From the NCBI RefSeq assembly GCF_018350175.1, contig NC_058368.1, positions 215,762,001-215,826,000 of the forward strand: a DNA stretch of 64,000 nt, read 5' to 3'. A program made the translations under genes and the position numbers. This document shows positions 1 to 13,320 of the stretch, one piece after another; positions within the stretch are counted from its first letter, which is position 1; the number at the start of each line of letters is the position of its first letter. The stretch is from Felis catus (lineage: Eukaryota). The notes below the pieces were generated by a model that was not told the origin of the DNA, did no database searches, and worked only from the letters and a program-made list of their open reading frames with translations.

Positions 1-29
1 GGGAAGCAGAGAATGAGAGACAGTTAAGA

Positions 30-153
30 ATGTCAGGTGACAGGTGGGAGATACACTTGTGGTAAGCATAGCATAATGCATAAACTTGAATTACTATATT
101 GAGCACCTAAAACTAGTGTAACATGGTGTGGCAGCTGTACTTCAATAAAAAAA
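30..153 (+). mobile_element. 3' end of a carnivore-type L1 (continues off the window's left edge)
   Basis: ggtgacaggtgggagatacacttgtgg...aactagtgtaacatggtgtggcagctgtacttcaataaaaaaa matches the L1 3' terminus at 18200-18325. Confidence 0.75.
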
Positions 154-519
154 TCTGTGCTCCAGACATCTGTGCAAACATCTCTTTGTTAACTCGTGAA
201 CAAGTGAATGTAGTATACTATATCCAAATATACTTATTGTGTGTGGTACTAAATTATAGGGAAAATGTTCATATACATTATTTTTTTAAAGAGCCTGAAC
301 AATTAAGGAAAATCAAATGCTAGAAAACAAAACCAAAATCCCTTCTTTATTATTTTAATTAGCTAAGGGGATGGACCTTAAATAAGACATAAGGATAAGC
401 ATTTATATGGTTCATCTTTCAAAGGAGCCCAAGTATGAGTAACTTTCAAAAAAGATAAATACAAGTATAAAAGAATGCCAATATTTTATTACGAAAGTTA
501 AAGAGGAGAGGACAAATAA

Positions 520-868
520 TTATGCAGGAAAACCTTTCAGACTGCAAATCTGAAACCTTAGGGAAGTGGGATTGGTCAAGGAGACTCACCAACAGTGCAC
601 AGATTTGACAAAGTCTTCATAAAACCAATGGAGAATTCTAAAGTGAAAATGGCTCTTTTAAAGAGTCCTCCTACATTCAACAGAAATAACCAGACACTGG
701 AACCCATGCATTAGTCAATCATCGGCTAGGGTTTGTCCTGGAAAGGTGAGATAGCTATTGAAAATACTTCACCTGGAGATAATCCACTATTTTCATTCCT
801 TGCAACTGAACAAATTCTTTCTTAAAGGGAGATGTCTTGTAACCATCACACCTTTATGTTTGTCACAA
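520..868 (-). mobile_element. Old ERVL solo LTR, LTR16A-like
   Basis: cagatttgacaaagtc...ccaatggagaattc...agagtcc...cagaaataaccag...tcaatcatcggctaggg...ttctttcttaaagggagat resembles the reverse-complemented LTR16A consensus as I recall it. Confidence 0.55.
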
Positions 869-1689
869 CAATACACAAAATAAATGAAGCTATTATAAAC
901 TTGGCTGCTCAAATAGGTTTTCATTTTGCTTTGATTTGATTTGTAAGGAGAACGCTTTTCAAAATCCAAATAGATTATTTTCTCTATATTAATCAATATA
1001 CACGGCACAAAAGTCATAAGGGAAGAAAATATATACTCTAAAGTACCTTCTCTTTCATATATCAATGGCCAGAATTTCTTTCTGCAGAAGCTACCACAAT
1101 TATTATTTTTCATGGACCCTTCCACAGAAATTCTATGCACATAAAAGCATATGCATGTACGTATGAAGAAACAAAAGCAATTGGCTTGTGGTCTATTCTT
1201 CACTCAGTCATTGGAATTTGCTCCAAGAAAAAGAAAGAAGGCAGGGAGCCTGATCAATATCCACATAAACATGCCGATCATTGACCTACCAAGAGAGGGG
1301 ATGATGGTAATTGCTAGACATAGTCCATATCTAGGAAATGCTTTTAGCACCTACTTTATAATTGCTTATGGTAAGCAAGTGCTCAATCTCTAGATTTATG
1401 AGGAATATATCCTCATTGAATGTAAAATAAGATACATACCTTTCTGTGGGTATTAAACAGAGTATTATACATCTTTTAACCTAGATGCTTCTCTATGTAT
1501 GAGGCAACTCATGTACCTCCTTAGAGACCTCTTCCACTCTAGTCAAGACAGTCCATGTGCAATGATAAAAGGCAGGACCAGGGAAGACCTAAGCCTAATT
1601 TACAATTATCTCTTAATATTTTATAATCTCAAAAATCTTAGTAAAATAGGTAAATTATTTAATTCGCAAAAGTTTTATTTGGCAATTCA

Positions 1690-2530
1690 ATTCTTTGTTA
1701 GTTCAATATGTATTTTGGGAATTTTTGTATTGTTCAGATTTTTAGTAAATTATTTTGGATAAATTTCCGAACAGTGTGCTAGTGTCTTGTTGATTTTTAT
1801 CATTCTACATTATTTGATACTATGGTTGCAGGAAGTTTCTTAGAGTTGGCAGGATTTTGGAGTATTTAATCTCTTCCATTAATCTCTTGCATGTGCCAGT
1901 AGTCCAATATCTCTCTGCCGTATTAATTATAAATTCTAGTAAGTCTTGACTCCTGATTTTGCAAGTATTCAGAATTTTTTTTCAAAATTATGATTGCTAT
2001 TTTCAATAATTTGTATTCCAATATAAAGTTTAGAACCAGCTTGTCATTTTCCACAAAAAAATCTGTTGGTTTTTGAGAAATAATCCATTGAATCTATAAT
2101 TTAATTGAATGAATTGACATCTTTGTAATACTGAGTTCTATAATCACATAACATCATGTATTTCAGTTGATTGATTTTTTAAGAATGAGTTCAATATTTT
2201 ACTGGAGTTAATTATATCTTTCATTAGATATGTTGCTGGTGTTTTGTTTTCTTTTCCTAAATTACCTATAAATTCACTTTCACATGTTTGCTAGTGTTTA
2301 GAAATACAGGGGTTTTTGTTTTGTTTCATTTTTGTATATTAACTTGCATCTATCAGCCTTAGTTGATTCACTTATTTACTCATTATTTTTAGTAGTTTGG
2401 GGAAATCTATATTTACACAAGTATGTTGTCTGAAAAACTGAGCATTTTAATTTTCCTTCCAATCTGTGTATCTTTAATATTTTGATTTCTTATTTCACTA
2501 GATAAGACCACCAATAAATTGCTGAAAACT
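1690..2530 (-). mobile_element. Ancient L1 (L1M) ORF2 fragment
   Basis: ttagaaccagcttgtcattttccacaaaaaaatctgttgg...cattgaatctata...attgacatctttgtaatactgagt is typical antisense L1 ORF2; T-rich. Confidence 0.7.
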
Positions 2531-2554
2531 AAATCTGAATAACACTTTAGAGTA

Positions 2555-2720
2555 TTTATCTACAATCTTATGAATATTAATCCTTAGGTGAAAATAGTGC
2601 TTTTTTCCAGTTTAGGGGTGAAGAAATAAGGACCAGTGAATTAGTTTCACCTTCTCAAAGTTAAACTGCTCAAATGTAGGCAAACCAGTACTAGAAACCG
2701 AGTTAACTCATTATAATTCT
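2555..2720 (-). mobile_element. MIR relic
   Basis: tgaagaaataaggaccagtgaattagtttcaccttctcaaagttaaactgct...ctagaaaccgag resembles a degraded MIR core. Confidence 0.45.
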
Positions 2721-4109
2721 TGGGATTTTCCTTTTACTACTTGTATCACATCATCTAATTTAAAATGCATTTGGCAGTACATTTTCTTCTAACATTGTTA
2801 ATATAAGTTTTCCCCTTAACATTCTGAAAATCCCTTGTATTTATAAAGTTCATGGAAAATCAATTTCTCCTACAATGGCCGCATTTGAAACTTCACTTCT
2901 CAAAATTTGTATGTGTTCAGGCTTGCCTCAGTAACGCGTCATATGAATATATGTAATAATTACCTTAGTGAAATTTTATGTAACATTTTTCATATTTCTA
3001 TTTGGAAGTTCTCTGATGGTAGTGTTAACAATTATGCTTCACAAGTTTAGGTATTGCCAGTCCTAAATCTAGTATTTATAAGCCACATAAATATCCCTTT
3101 CAGCTGTCTATGTCAAAGCTTTTATGTCTAAAGTTAAAGACTAAATGTCCAAAAGTCCATCTAATTTATACCAACCACATATACAATATTTATAAATAGA
3201 ATTTATAAATAATTATATAAATAATTACAAAAAGAATAATAAAATGTAATTCAAATAAATTGACACAGTTCCATATGACCTGTCTGAGTGTATTTTTAAC
3301 TACCTGCATGGACCCTGTTAAGCCATTTTTGATGCTTTATAAGGAAATGATTATAGAGGCCATTTGATGTTATTAAATTGCAAGAAAAAAACCTACATTT
3401 CTCTAGTTGATGAATCATACCCTTGAGTTTCATTTTATTAAACTATAATTATTAGATCCTCTAATATTCATACAGGAAGAGCCTGTATCAAATTTTGAGC
3501 TCAAAACTAAGCAGCAAGAAGATGAAGTGTAATGGGACAGAGAACTAAAATAGCTATAGGAGTTCCTTTTCAAAAGTATCAATCCATTTAATATCCAAAG
3601 CTACAGGCATAAAAATGAAGTTTGAATATAGATGCTTTATCATGCATATTGAAGTTGACTTTCTAAAAAGTATGATCCTCAATTTTTAAACTTTCAAAAT
3701 CTTCTTTTATTCCTTACATTAAAATTTACCTTAAAATAGGATATATTCTTTCCTTTTTAGCAATTGAAGTAGTTGGTGTTTGCTGCTGCTTTCTATAATT
3801 CCTCATTTAGAACTGAACTCCTTACACACTATCAGGGTACCCTCAATAGACCCAGAGTGATAAGAGATATTTTCATTGTTGGGCACAGATAAGTTATAGT
3901 TCATTGCCTATTTACATTCCAGGATAAATTGTACACATATCCAGATAGAGCTGTCAATATTACATTGACACATCCAGAAGGAATATAGAAATAAAAAAAA
4001 ATTAAAGACTCAAAATCTCTCATGTGTTCACCAGTCAATATATATTCATATATATTAAGTGATAAAAAAACTCTCTTCTGTTCATCAGTTAGTATATATT
4101 AATACATAA

Positions 4110-4700
4110 AGTGAATATCATTTATTAAACTTTATTCTTTACACAGAAGATACAGGGATGACAAAAGAAAATAAGAGTTTTGGCCTTAAAGAATTCACAG
4201 ATTAAACACAATTTTCTTACATTTATTTATTTTTGAGAGAGAGACCCAGACTGTGAGCATGGGAAGGGCAGAGAGAGAGGGAGACACAGAATCTGAAGCA
4301 GACTCCAGGCTCTGAGCTGCCAGCCCAGAGCTTGATGTGGTGCTCAAACCCATGAACTGAGAGATCATGACCTGAGCCAAAGTCGGAAGCTTAACTGAGT
4401 GAGTGCCACGCAGACACTCCAAATAATTTACATAGTTTTAAAAAAGACACATATTAATCATCTGTACATAAAGAGGTAAGATGGTTTCTTGTTCTTATGA
4501 GTGCTATGAATAAGCATGTAAAGGGATGTGATAAAGAATGACAGATGAGGAATTTTGCTGTAGTTCGTGTGGTCAAGAAAGCGAAGCCTTAAATGAAGGA
4601 GGCAGTAGTGAAAGTATCATGAAGAAGAATGTTCCAAGCAGAAGAAACACAACAGGGAAGAACCCTAGGTAAGAATGGACCTGAAATCCTGGAGGACTGT
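4110..4700 (-). mobile_element. L2 3' fragment interrupted by a SINE
   Basis: gatacagggatgacaaaag...tgagtgctatgaataagc...gtggtcaagaaagc...aatgttccaagcagaagaaacac are L2a-like blocks on both sides of the 4211-4420 SINE. Confidence 0.55.
4211..4420 (-). mobile_element. Can-SINE (SINEC_Fc-type)
   Basis: atttatttatttttgagaga...gagacacagaatctgaagcagactccaggctctgagctg...gatcatgacctgagcc. Confidence 0.93.
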
Positions 4701-6426
4701 AAACCACACCCACCGCCAGCGTGGCCTTTTACCCCGGTTTCATTTCAGAGTTTGAATGGTTTCCAGGTTATATTCATTCATTAAAGAATAAAGTTTAAAA
4801 TATTCAAACTAGATGTATAGCTGAATGATACATAAAATAATAACTTGTGAAAGTTCTCTATAATCATATACTAATATACTCAGGGTTTTTATTTAATGCC
4901 CAGTTTTGAAAGAATAGATGCATTTTCTTTTTTAAATGAAGGTTTGATATTGTAGGGAGATCCAAGACATTTTGCCATTCTTGCTGAAAAGCATATACAG
5001 AATATAAAGGAGGAAACCATATGGAATGAACACCTACTGTATGTATCCATGTTACTAAAATGGCCTTATTTTGTCTATTTATCACAACAAATATGCGATT
5101 AATATTATTTTGTTTGTTTTCTATCAAGGAAGCTGGTTTACAAAGGGAATATGACCAAGTTAACAGCGAGGAGGGGCAATCATGTTGAAGATACACATTC
5201 AGCACTAATCCAAAGTGTGTGGCCTCTGACGTCATTGCCTGAAAAGGAGGAGGATGTGGAAGGAGAGAAGGCACTCTTATCCCACTATCCCAATGATGGT
5301 CTGTTGTTGATTCATAAATATGAATTGTTTACTTTTATGCTTTTCTGAATGGCTCCTTCCTTTTCAGGCTTTTCTTTTGTAGGAATTTAGAAGCAACACT
5401 GTGAACGTGACGTTTACGAAAAGAAAATGGCCAAGCCAGTTGAGAATTACCTTATAATGTGTTTATGGATTCCAAATTCAACTCTCAGAACAAAACTCTC
5501 TGGTTTTTGAAAAATGCCAGTTTCTGAAGAGTGAGTTTTGCTTTAAGTGTGATGTGAGTGTGGATCTGTTAAATTTATGATAAATTCAATATTTTATGGA
5601 AAATTTGAAAGGAATAAAACAGGACAAAAATGTATCTTTTACCTTATTCCAGGTTCAGAAAGTTTCAGAATCTCAACTATATCTTTATTATAAAGGTAAT
5701 CTGAATATACTATAAACATTGACTGCTTAACTATAACACAAAGCATGTAAAATAAGTATTTAATATACTCAATGGATAAACAAACAAAACTGAATAAACA
5801 GCTATAGGGATATAATAAATTATGTCAGTTCATATTTAATGCCAAACACTGGAATTTGAAATTGCTAATTAAAGACATTAGTGAATGTCAATACAGCAAT
5901 ATTTTAATGACTCCAAGATAATCCCACAGCAATCAATTTAGATTAGAATGAGTTTATTGTAAAGTGCCAAAGGTGGAAAAAATGCTTCCTTTGCACTATA
6001 AAACAACAATTTCTCAAATGAATAATGTCTAGTCAAAATTTAACTAGATAATTACTTAATTTGCATTTATTAAGAAAATACAATAACTGGGAAGAAAGCT
6101 CTTTGGGAAATGATCTAAGAGTTAATAGTTGACTTAGATAAACAGTATTACCTTAACTTCTGAGTACACAAACACATTACTGGTACTAACATCAGGGCAA
6201 CAAAAACAACAAAACCCAATAATAACATGGTGTTCTTTTGACAGAAAGCAAGTGCCAATTTCATGCTAGGTGGAGAGGTACTTTCTCTGGTGGGTTAAAT
6301 AAGAATATAAGCTTCAGATGTTTGTTTGTTTGTTTTTAATTTTGTTGTCTGCTTTTCCTAGCAGCAGCGACGGGTGTCTGTTTTATTTCTACACTTACAT
6401 AAGTGGAGGTAAAAATAAATTCATGA

Positions 6427-6687
6427 GGGGCGCCTGGGTGGCGCAGTCGGTTGAGCGCCCGACTTCAGCCAGGTCACGATCTCGCGGTCCGTGAGTTCGA
6501 GCCCTGCGTCAGGCTCTGGGCTGATGGCTCGAGCCCTGCGTCAGGCTCTGGGCTGATGGCTCGGAGCCTGAAGCCTGCTTCTGATTCTGTGTCTCCCTCT
6601 CTCTCTGCCCCTCCCCCGTTCATGCTCTGTCTCTCTCTGTCCCAAAAATAAATAAACGTTGAAAAAAATTTAAAAAATAAATAAATA
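6427..6687 (+). mobile_element. Young SINEC_Fc with an internal 32-bp duplication
   Basis: ggggcgcctgggtggcgcagtcggtt head, (CT)n, A tail; perfect 16-bp TSD aaaaataaattcatga (6411-6426 / 6688-6703). Confidence 0.97.
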
Positions 6688-7065
6688 AAAAATAAATTCA
6701 TGAAATTTGTTTGTTCCCGAATTATTCCAAAAGGATCTAACATTGTTCCCATATTATATCCCAAAGGATACTGCAAACCAAACAGCCTGAAAAAAATCAC
6801 ACTTAAGGTCAAATATCCCTCTTTCATGTAGTGAATGGTCTCCTGTAACTAATGGGGCTCTTTTGGACCATGGTACCGGCAGAGGGATATTCTTATTAAC
6901 AACAAAGGGCAGAACTGTAACAATCTTCAGAGCTGGACTTAGAGGTGATTTAGAGTTCAAATAGGTCAGAGGAGTATCTAATGCTTTGTGACAATAAAGG
7001 GGCCAAGAGCAAATATTGGAGTTGATAGAGATAATCAAAAATTAGAAAAAATATGGAGATAAAAG

Positions 7066-7490
7066 GTAATAGATTTCAAAATGAATGACAGAATTTGTAG
7101 CTCCTTTCATCAAGAAGTAGTATCTGTTTTCTAACCCTTGGAATCAAAGCTTGCTTTGTTATTTGGTTTGACTCATAGCATGTAGCATAAATGACATTGT
7201 GACAGCCCAGAGCATACAAGAGGCTTTGCAGGTTTTGCTTTCATGCCTTATAATTCTACTGCTATGTGAAGAAGCTCCAAATGGTCTGTGGTACATCACA
7301 GTCACCTCCATCACGGCCTGTAGAAAGCTTGTTGTTGCCCAGCATGTGAAAGTGGCCATCTGGAACAAGACATTCACCAGTAAAACGTTCAACTTTTGGC
7401 AGATATATGAATGCATAGGTTTATATCTACAGTCCCAGGCCAGACTAGGAAAAAAAATTGGAGAATTATTAGCTAACTAAATAGCTTTAA
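7066..7490 (+). mobile_element. MaLR LTR, MLT1G/H-like
   Basis: tttgtagctcctttcatcaagaagtag...cccttggaatc...caagaggctttgcag...atgtgaagaagctcc...atgtgaaagtggccatctgga. Confidence 0.6.
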
Positions 7491-8226
7491 GACACTAAGG
7501 AATCATGAAGAAACAGAAAATGTGAACAGTCCAATAATAAGTAGGCAGACTGAATCAGTAATTAAAAATCTCCCAACAAAGAAAAGCCTAGGAGCAGATG
7601 GCTTCCGTGCTGAATTTTACCAAACATTTAAAGAAGAATTATTGCCAATCCTTCCTAAACTCTTCCAAAAATTTGAAGTGAGGGAAACACTCCCAAACTT
7701 ATTTTATGAGGCCAGCATTACCCTGATACCAAAGCCACATAAGGACACTATAAGAAAAGAAAAGAAAAAAAGAAAAGAAAAGAAAAGAAAAGAAAAGAAA
7801 AGAAAAAGACAAGACCAAAATCCCTGATGAATATAGATGCAATTTTCTAAAAAAATATTAACAAACCAAATACAACAGTACATTAAAAGAATCAAACACC
7901 ATGATCAAGTGGGATTTATTTCTAGATCTAAGGATGGCTCAACATACACAAATCAATAAATGTGATATACCACATTTATAGAATGAAAGACAAAAATCAT
8001 ATGACCATCTCAATAGATACAGGAAAAGCATCTGAAAAAATTAAAATTCTTTCATGGTAAACACTCTCAACAAATTGGGTATAAAAGGAATATACTTCAA
8101 TATGATTATAAAAGGAATATACCTCAATATACCTCAATATACCACAACATCATACTCTGTGATGGTGAAAGATTGCCAGCTTCTCCTCTAAGATCAGGAA
8201 CAAGACAGGGTGTCATTCTCACCACC
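7491..8226 (+). mobile_element. Internal L1 ORF2 fragment (start of RT region), no poly-A
   Basis: Translates as [30 protein letters not shown]...FYEASITLIPKP; later HHDQVGFI and PLRSGTRQGC-like DNA. Confidence 0.93.
7753..7808 (+). repeat. (AAAAG)n microsatellite inside the L1 fragment
   Basis: aagaaaagaaaagaaaaaaagaaaagaaaagaaaag... Confidence 0.9.
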
Positions 8227-9610
8227 CTAAAGTAATTTGATGCATGCTATAGTTATTATGATATATAGCATATGATATATTGCATAAAACAATATAACAT
8301 ATCATTTATTTTCTTTCATATCATAAAATATTTTATTAATATAAAAATATAATCTAATATAGAGTATCAAATATGGGATATATCTAACAATAGAAAAATT
8401 GTTTTGTGTATATGCCATACGCACACACATATACAAACATGCACACACACATGCACATGAACACACATGCATACATAAATTCATTTTTCAATTCGGGTTG
8501 GGAAGAGAATAAAACAAACAAAACTCAATCCATTGGTCTGTTGGGGATAGTCATACATATTATTTCTGAATCTTAACTTTAAAAACTAACACATTTAAAT
8601 AAAGTTGTGTAGATACAGGTAAAACAATTTAGAATATCTCCTATCAAAATCTCATTTGAAAGAAAAATTTGCTTAGAAAAGTATTAGCGTTCCCTTTGTT
8701 ATTAATTTTGTAAAACAATGCTTTATATTTGATATGCAGTTATTCATTAGGACAGTTTCAGGTAAAATGCAACTTGTAAACAACATCCATACATCCTTTG
8801 GAAAAAACAAATAGTATAAATGACTGGGGGAATTTCATTTACCCATTTATTTATTTGTTCACAGATTCTTTCATCAAAAATTTCTCCTTGCCTCAAGTGA
8901 TTTAAGCACCAGGTTGACAGAACTTGCTCTGAAGGAGCTTTTGATATAATGGGTTGGAGACACATGTCTTTGTAATACGAGAATAATTGGGATACAGATA
9001 AAAGCACAAAGGAGTAACATTTTTTTTTACCTCTGCTTTATGGCAAAAATAATTCGTAGGGGAAATGACACTTGATTTGAATTTAAATTGCATCATTTTT
9101 CGTATCAATAGATTGGGAGAGGACTTTCAAAATAAGAAATGGTATTACAAGGTCTTGCTTCCACAGAGAACCTTTATATATATTTCAAAGAGTGTCTCAA
9201 GTAAGACATCTTTGCAAATTTTTTCATTTACTGCTTAAATATATGCTATTTAAAACAGAGATCGGTAAATCTCTGTGAAAAACAATTTCTGACTTAAAGT
9301 GGCATAAACATAAGCTGGAAACTCTGTATATTAATTTTGAGACAGAGAAGGTGAGAGAGAGAGAAAATGAATCCATAAAAGTCTCAGGTACGGAAGAGAG
9401 TTGTGGTTCAGTAGATCTGAGATATAGTCACAATTCGATTATATGTCAGTAAAACATATATAAACCATGTTTTAAAAAATGAAACAACACACAGACACAA
9501 ACGAGCAAAAATACTAGTGTCCCGGTTGAATAAAGTGAACTTTAAGTATCTTCTTGCTTTAGCACTGATTTTTAAAATTATTTTTGTGTAAAATCAAAAA
9601 TAAATACAAA

Positions 9611-9735
9611 ATATATACATGCATACATATATACAAACATACATACATGCATATACATATATATTACTTGAATATGCAAATATAAACACAAATACTATGC
9701 ATAATCATATGTACATGTAGATATACACGTACAAA
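9611..9735. repeat. Degenerate (TACA/TA)n low-complexity tract
   Basis: atatatacatgcatacatatatacaaacatacatacatgc... Confidence 0.6.
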
Positions 9736-10614
9736 CAAAAAATAGGAGTGAAAGGAGTGCTTTACACAGAAAAATCTGAAATTTTTAATAGTTTAAAACA
9801 CATTCTTTTTCTCTGTCTGGTGATTAGATGTTAGATCTGCTAAAATTTAAGTTAAATGCAAACTTGCTGTTTGCCAGACAATGTAGACATAAGGAGAGAA
9901 AAATATTCATAGCTCACAGGGAAAATAATTACAATTATAATCCACATGCCTGCAGTTGTGATAACAAAACCTGGCTTTAAAAATGTTTAGCTCTAGAATC
10001 CTAATGGGCACCAAAGGAGGGCTCAAACATCTTTCTATTGTTTTCTTATTTGCATACATTGGTGAGGCATTGTTTGTCCCATTCTGTGGATTTCTTTTCT
10101 TTATGAGGTTGTATATTTTTGTTTTGTGTATGCATTTCTGAGTTGGACTCTTCCTTTCCATTCATTTTTACTATTGTAATCATAATTCTTTTTCCTCCCT
10201 TTTAAACTATTTTTCTTTCTACTTTGATAGCTTTCTAAACCATGTTCTTTCCACATAATTAGCCATAGTACTCAATTGAAATAAGCCTTTTTTTTTAATT
10301 TGGCAAAAAAAGAGATTGTATTTGTTGATCTTATTATTAAAGAATAAATAAGCCATATGTTTTATAGAACTCTCTGAAATATACTTGCATTTAATAAATA
10401 TGGATCTATATTTTGTGAAGGTTCACTGGTCCTCAATAGAAAAAAACTACACCATGGTAAAATAAAATTTGTGACATAGAACTGGCAAAATCACATTTTA
10501 TTATGAAACATCTGTAGAATTTTCATATATCAGACATTATTTCCAAAATCAGCACTTACAAGCTCAATATTACATACCAACAGTACAGATACTTTTATTT
10601 TTTATCATTCCCCA

Positions 10615-11935
10615 TATTTATTGGAATATAATTAACATATAAAAAGAGTGCATATAGGGGTGCTTGGCTGACTCAGTCAGTTTATAGTCCCAGTCTTGAT
10701 TTCAGCTCAGGTCATGATCACGGGGTCATACTGATTGGAGTCTGTTCTCTGAGCATGGAGTCTGCTTGGGATTCTCTCTCCCTCTCTCCCTCTGCCCCTC
10801 TCCCCCACTTGAGCATGTGCACTCTCTCTCAAATAAAAACAAATAAAAATAAAAAGGAAAAAAGGTACATGTATTCCAAGGGTACTTCTATGAATCCTGA
10901 CATAAGTATATACCCATAAAACTATGACCAGAATCAAGAAAATAGATGTAACTACCATTCCCAAATATTTTGTAGTACCATTTTATAATCTGTCACCTCT
11001 AGAATTTCCTAAATTTTCTGTAATTAGAAACACAGCATGTACTGTTTTTGCCCATCCTCTTCCATAAAACATAACTGTCTTGAAATTGATCCAACAGCAT
11101 CTATCAATGATGCATTTCTCTGTACTGCTGAATAGTAGTGTGTTACATGGATATTCCAAGTTTGTTAATCCACTCATCCCTTGACAACCATTTGGTTAAT
11201 TCTAGGCTTGCCCATTATAAATAAAGCTTCTGTGAACATTAATGTACAAATCTTTTTGTAAATATATACCTTAATTTATCTTGAATAAATAAATACCTAG
11301 GAGTAAAATATCTGGAGCCTATAATAGATACACATTTAAATTATCAAGAAATTGCCAACTTATTTTCCAATGTGTCTTACTAATTTGCATTAGTTTATAG
11401 GCATAGATTTTTTGTAGATGCATATAGTTGACTATTCCTTTCTATTGTGACTTCACTAGAATTTTATTATTGTAACTGGATGATTACATTTGTCAAATAA
11501 GTTTTCTGTGTATTGAAATAATACATAAGAATTTCCTGTCTTAATTTATCTTTAAATGTATTAATATGGTAAATTACATTGATTTCTTTGCATTTCCCTG
11601 ATAAACCATCCTTAGCCATAATGAAGTGTCATTTTCATATATTAGGTTGGACTTAAAATTGGTGTGTTCTTTTTACTTCTATTTTCATAAGATTTATTAA
11701 TCTAGAGCTTTCTGTACATACATATATATAATAATTTAGGAAGTATTAACATCTCTAATTCCCTGGAAGTATTTTTATACAGTTCATATTTTTTTGTCTT
11801 AGTATTTGATAGAATTTACCAGTTGTTTCTTTTGGCCTAAATCACTTCCTTTAACCTTTTAATAGCACTGATCTGGTGGTCATGGATTCATTCAACTTGT
11901 ATATTACTGAAAATATCTGTATTTCAACACCATTT
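10615..11935 (-). mobile_element. Composite old L1 (L1MB/MC-like 3' end plus ORF2 and ORF1-end pieces), interrupted by a SINE
   Basis: tgctgaatagtag...gtttgttaatccactcatc...attataaataaagcttctgtgaacatt...aatacctaggagt...gaaattgccaacttattttccaa; later gatctggtggtcatggattcattcaacttg. Confidence 0.7.
10657..10857 (+). mobile_element. Older Can-SINE
   Basis: ggggtgcttggctgactcagtcag...tcttgatttcagctcaggtcatgatc...tctgcttgggattctctctc, A tail; degenerate TSD. Confidence 0.9.
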
Positions 11936-11938
11936 TGA

Positions 11939-12151
11939 TTTATTATTTTTAGAGTTTATTTATTTATTTCGAGAGAGACAAAGACAGTGAGAGTGGGGGA
12001 GGGACAGACGGAGAGGGAGAGAATCGCGAGCAGACTCTGTGCTGCCAGAGCAGAGCCCGACGTGGGGCTCAAACCCATGAAGCTGTGAGATCATGACCTG
12101 AGCTGAAACCAAGAGTTGGATGCTTAACCGACTGAGCCACCAAGGCGCCCC
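11939..12151 (-). mobile_element. Can-SINE
   Basis: tttatttatttatttcgagagag...gatcatgacctgagctgaaaccaagagttggatgcttaaccgactgagccaccaaggcgcccc. Confidence 0.95.
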
Positions 12152-12329
12152 TCACAATCATTTTTAAAAGTCATTTTTTTTCTTGGTGAAGAAGCATTAA
12201 TCCCTCCTTCAAATTTGATTATCTAGTTTGCACATCTCCCTATTCCAGTGCCCATCTAAAAATTAAAAATAAATATATCTAAGGGAAAACAACAATGTTC
12301 AAGCATTCAAATTATCTCCATTAAGTTAA

Positions 12330-12580
12330 TATTTGTCTAAAATTTACCTGTATTCAAAAGGAGGCAAATGAAGATATGACTTGTTTATTGACTGACAATG
12401 ATAAAAAGCAGTAGAAATTGACCCACAAAGATTTCACATTATACAGAGATTCTACAAGGATTTAAAATAAGTATGATTAAAATGATTTTGGCAAAGAATT
12501 AGCAAACATAAAAACAAAGAAAATTTATACAACTAAATATAATAATGATAATAAAAGTAATAAAAATCAAAGATAGAAAA
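12330..12580 (+). mobile_element. Ancient L1 ORF1-region relic
   Basis: aagcagtagaaattgacccacaaag...acaaggatttaaaataagtatgattaaaatg resembles the L1M ORF1 5' region. Confidence 0.4.
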
Positions 12581-12586
12581 TCTCTC

Positions 12587-12798
12587 TTTTAAAAAAATTT
12601 TTAATGTTTATTTAGTTTTGAAAGAGAGACAGAGCACAAGCAAGGGATGGGCAGAGAGAGGGAGACAGAGGATCTGAAACAGGCTCCAGGCACAAACTCT
12701 CAGTACAGAGCCCAACACAGAACTTGAACTCACGAATCATGAGATCATGACCTGAGCCACAGTTGGACGTTCAACTGACTGAACCACCCAGGCACCCC
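12587..12798 (-). mobile_element. Can-SINE (SINEC_Fc-type)
   Basis: ttaatgtttatttagttttgaaagagagac...gatcatgacctgagcc...aaccacccaggcacccc; partial TSD agaaaat. Confidence 0.93.
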
Positions 12799-13149
12799 AG
12801 AAAATGTCTTAAATACAACTACCGGAAAATAAATACATATCGCCTTTATGGGACAATGTGATTTTTGTTCCTACGTATTCCTTAAACTAACCGAATTCAA
12901 ACAAAAAAATCTAAAATTTATTTATCATAGCTGAAAGACTAGTCTTACTCAGGTAGGTTTTGAGATTTTATTATAGTTATCTATGAGGGATTGAGAGAAC
13001 GTGACACATAAGAACTGAGAATAATTTATCTTGATTAAGCAGAGATTAAAAAAAGTAAGTGATGAAAACTATGAGTTTAGTATGGCAACACATGTGGACT
13101 TCCAAAAAATCATTCCTTTTTCACTTATCATATATATAATGAACATAAA

Positions 13150-13320
13150 AGTATAGCATATTATGTTAGCAAGAATGTGGATAATTGTGGATGTTTGTCT
13201 ATTGCTAGAAATATAACTCTCTCAATAACTGAGAAAAATAATTTGACAAATCCTATAAAAATGTAAAATTACACATATCCTTTATTCCAGTGGTTCTATA
13301 CCTGAAATTTAAACAGAATA
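13150..13320 (+). mobile_element. L1ME-like 3' relic
   Basis: atgttagcaagaatgtgga...aataatttgacaaatcctataaaaatgtaaaattacacatatcctttattccag. Confidence 0.45.
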
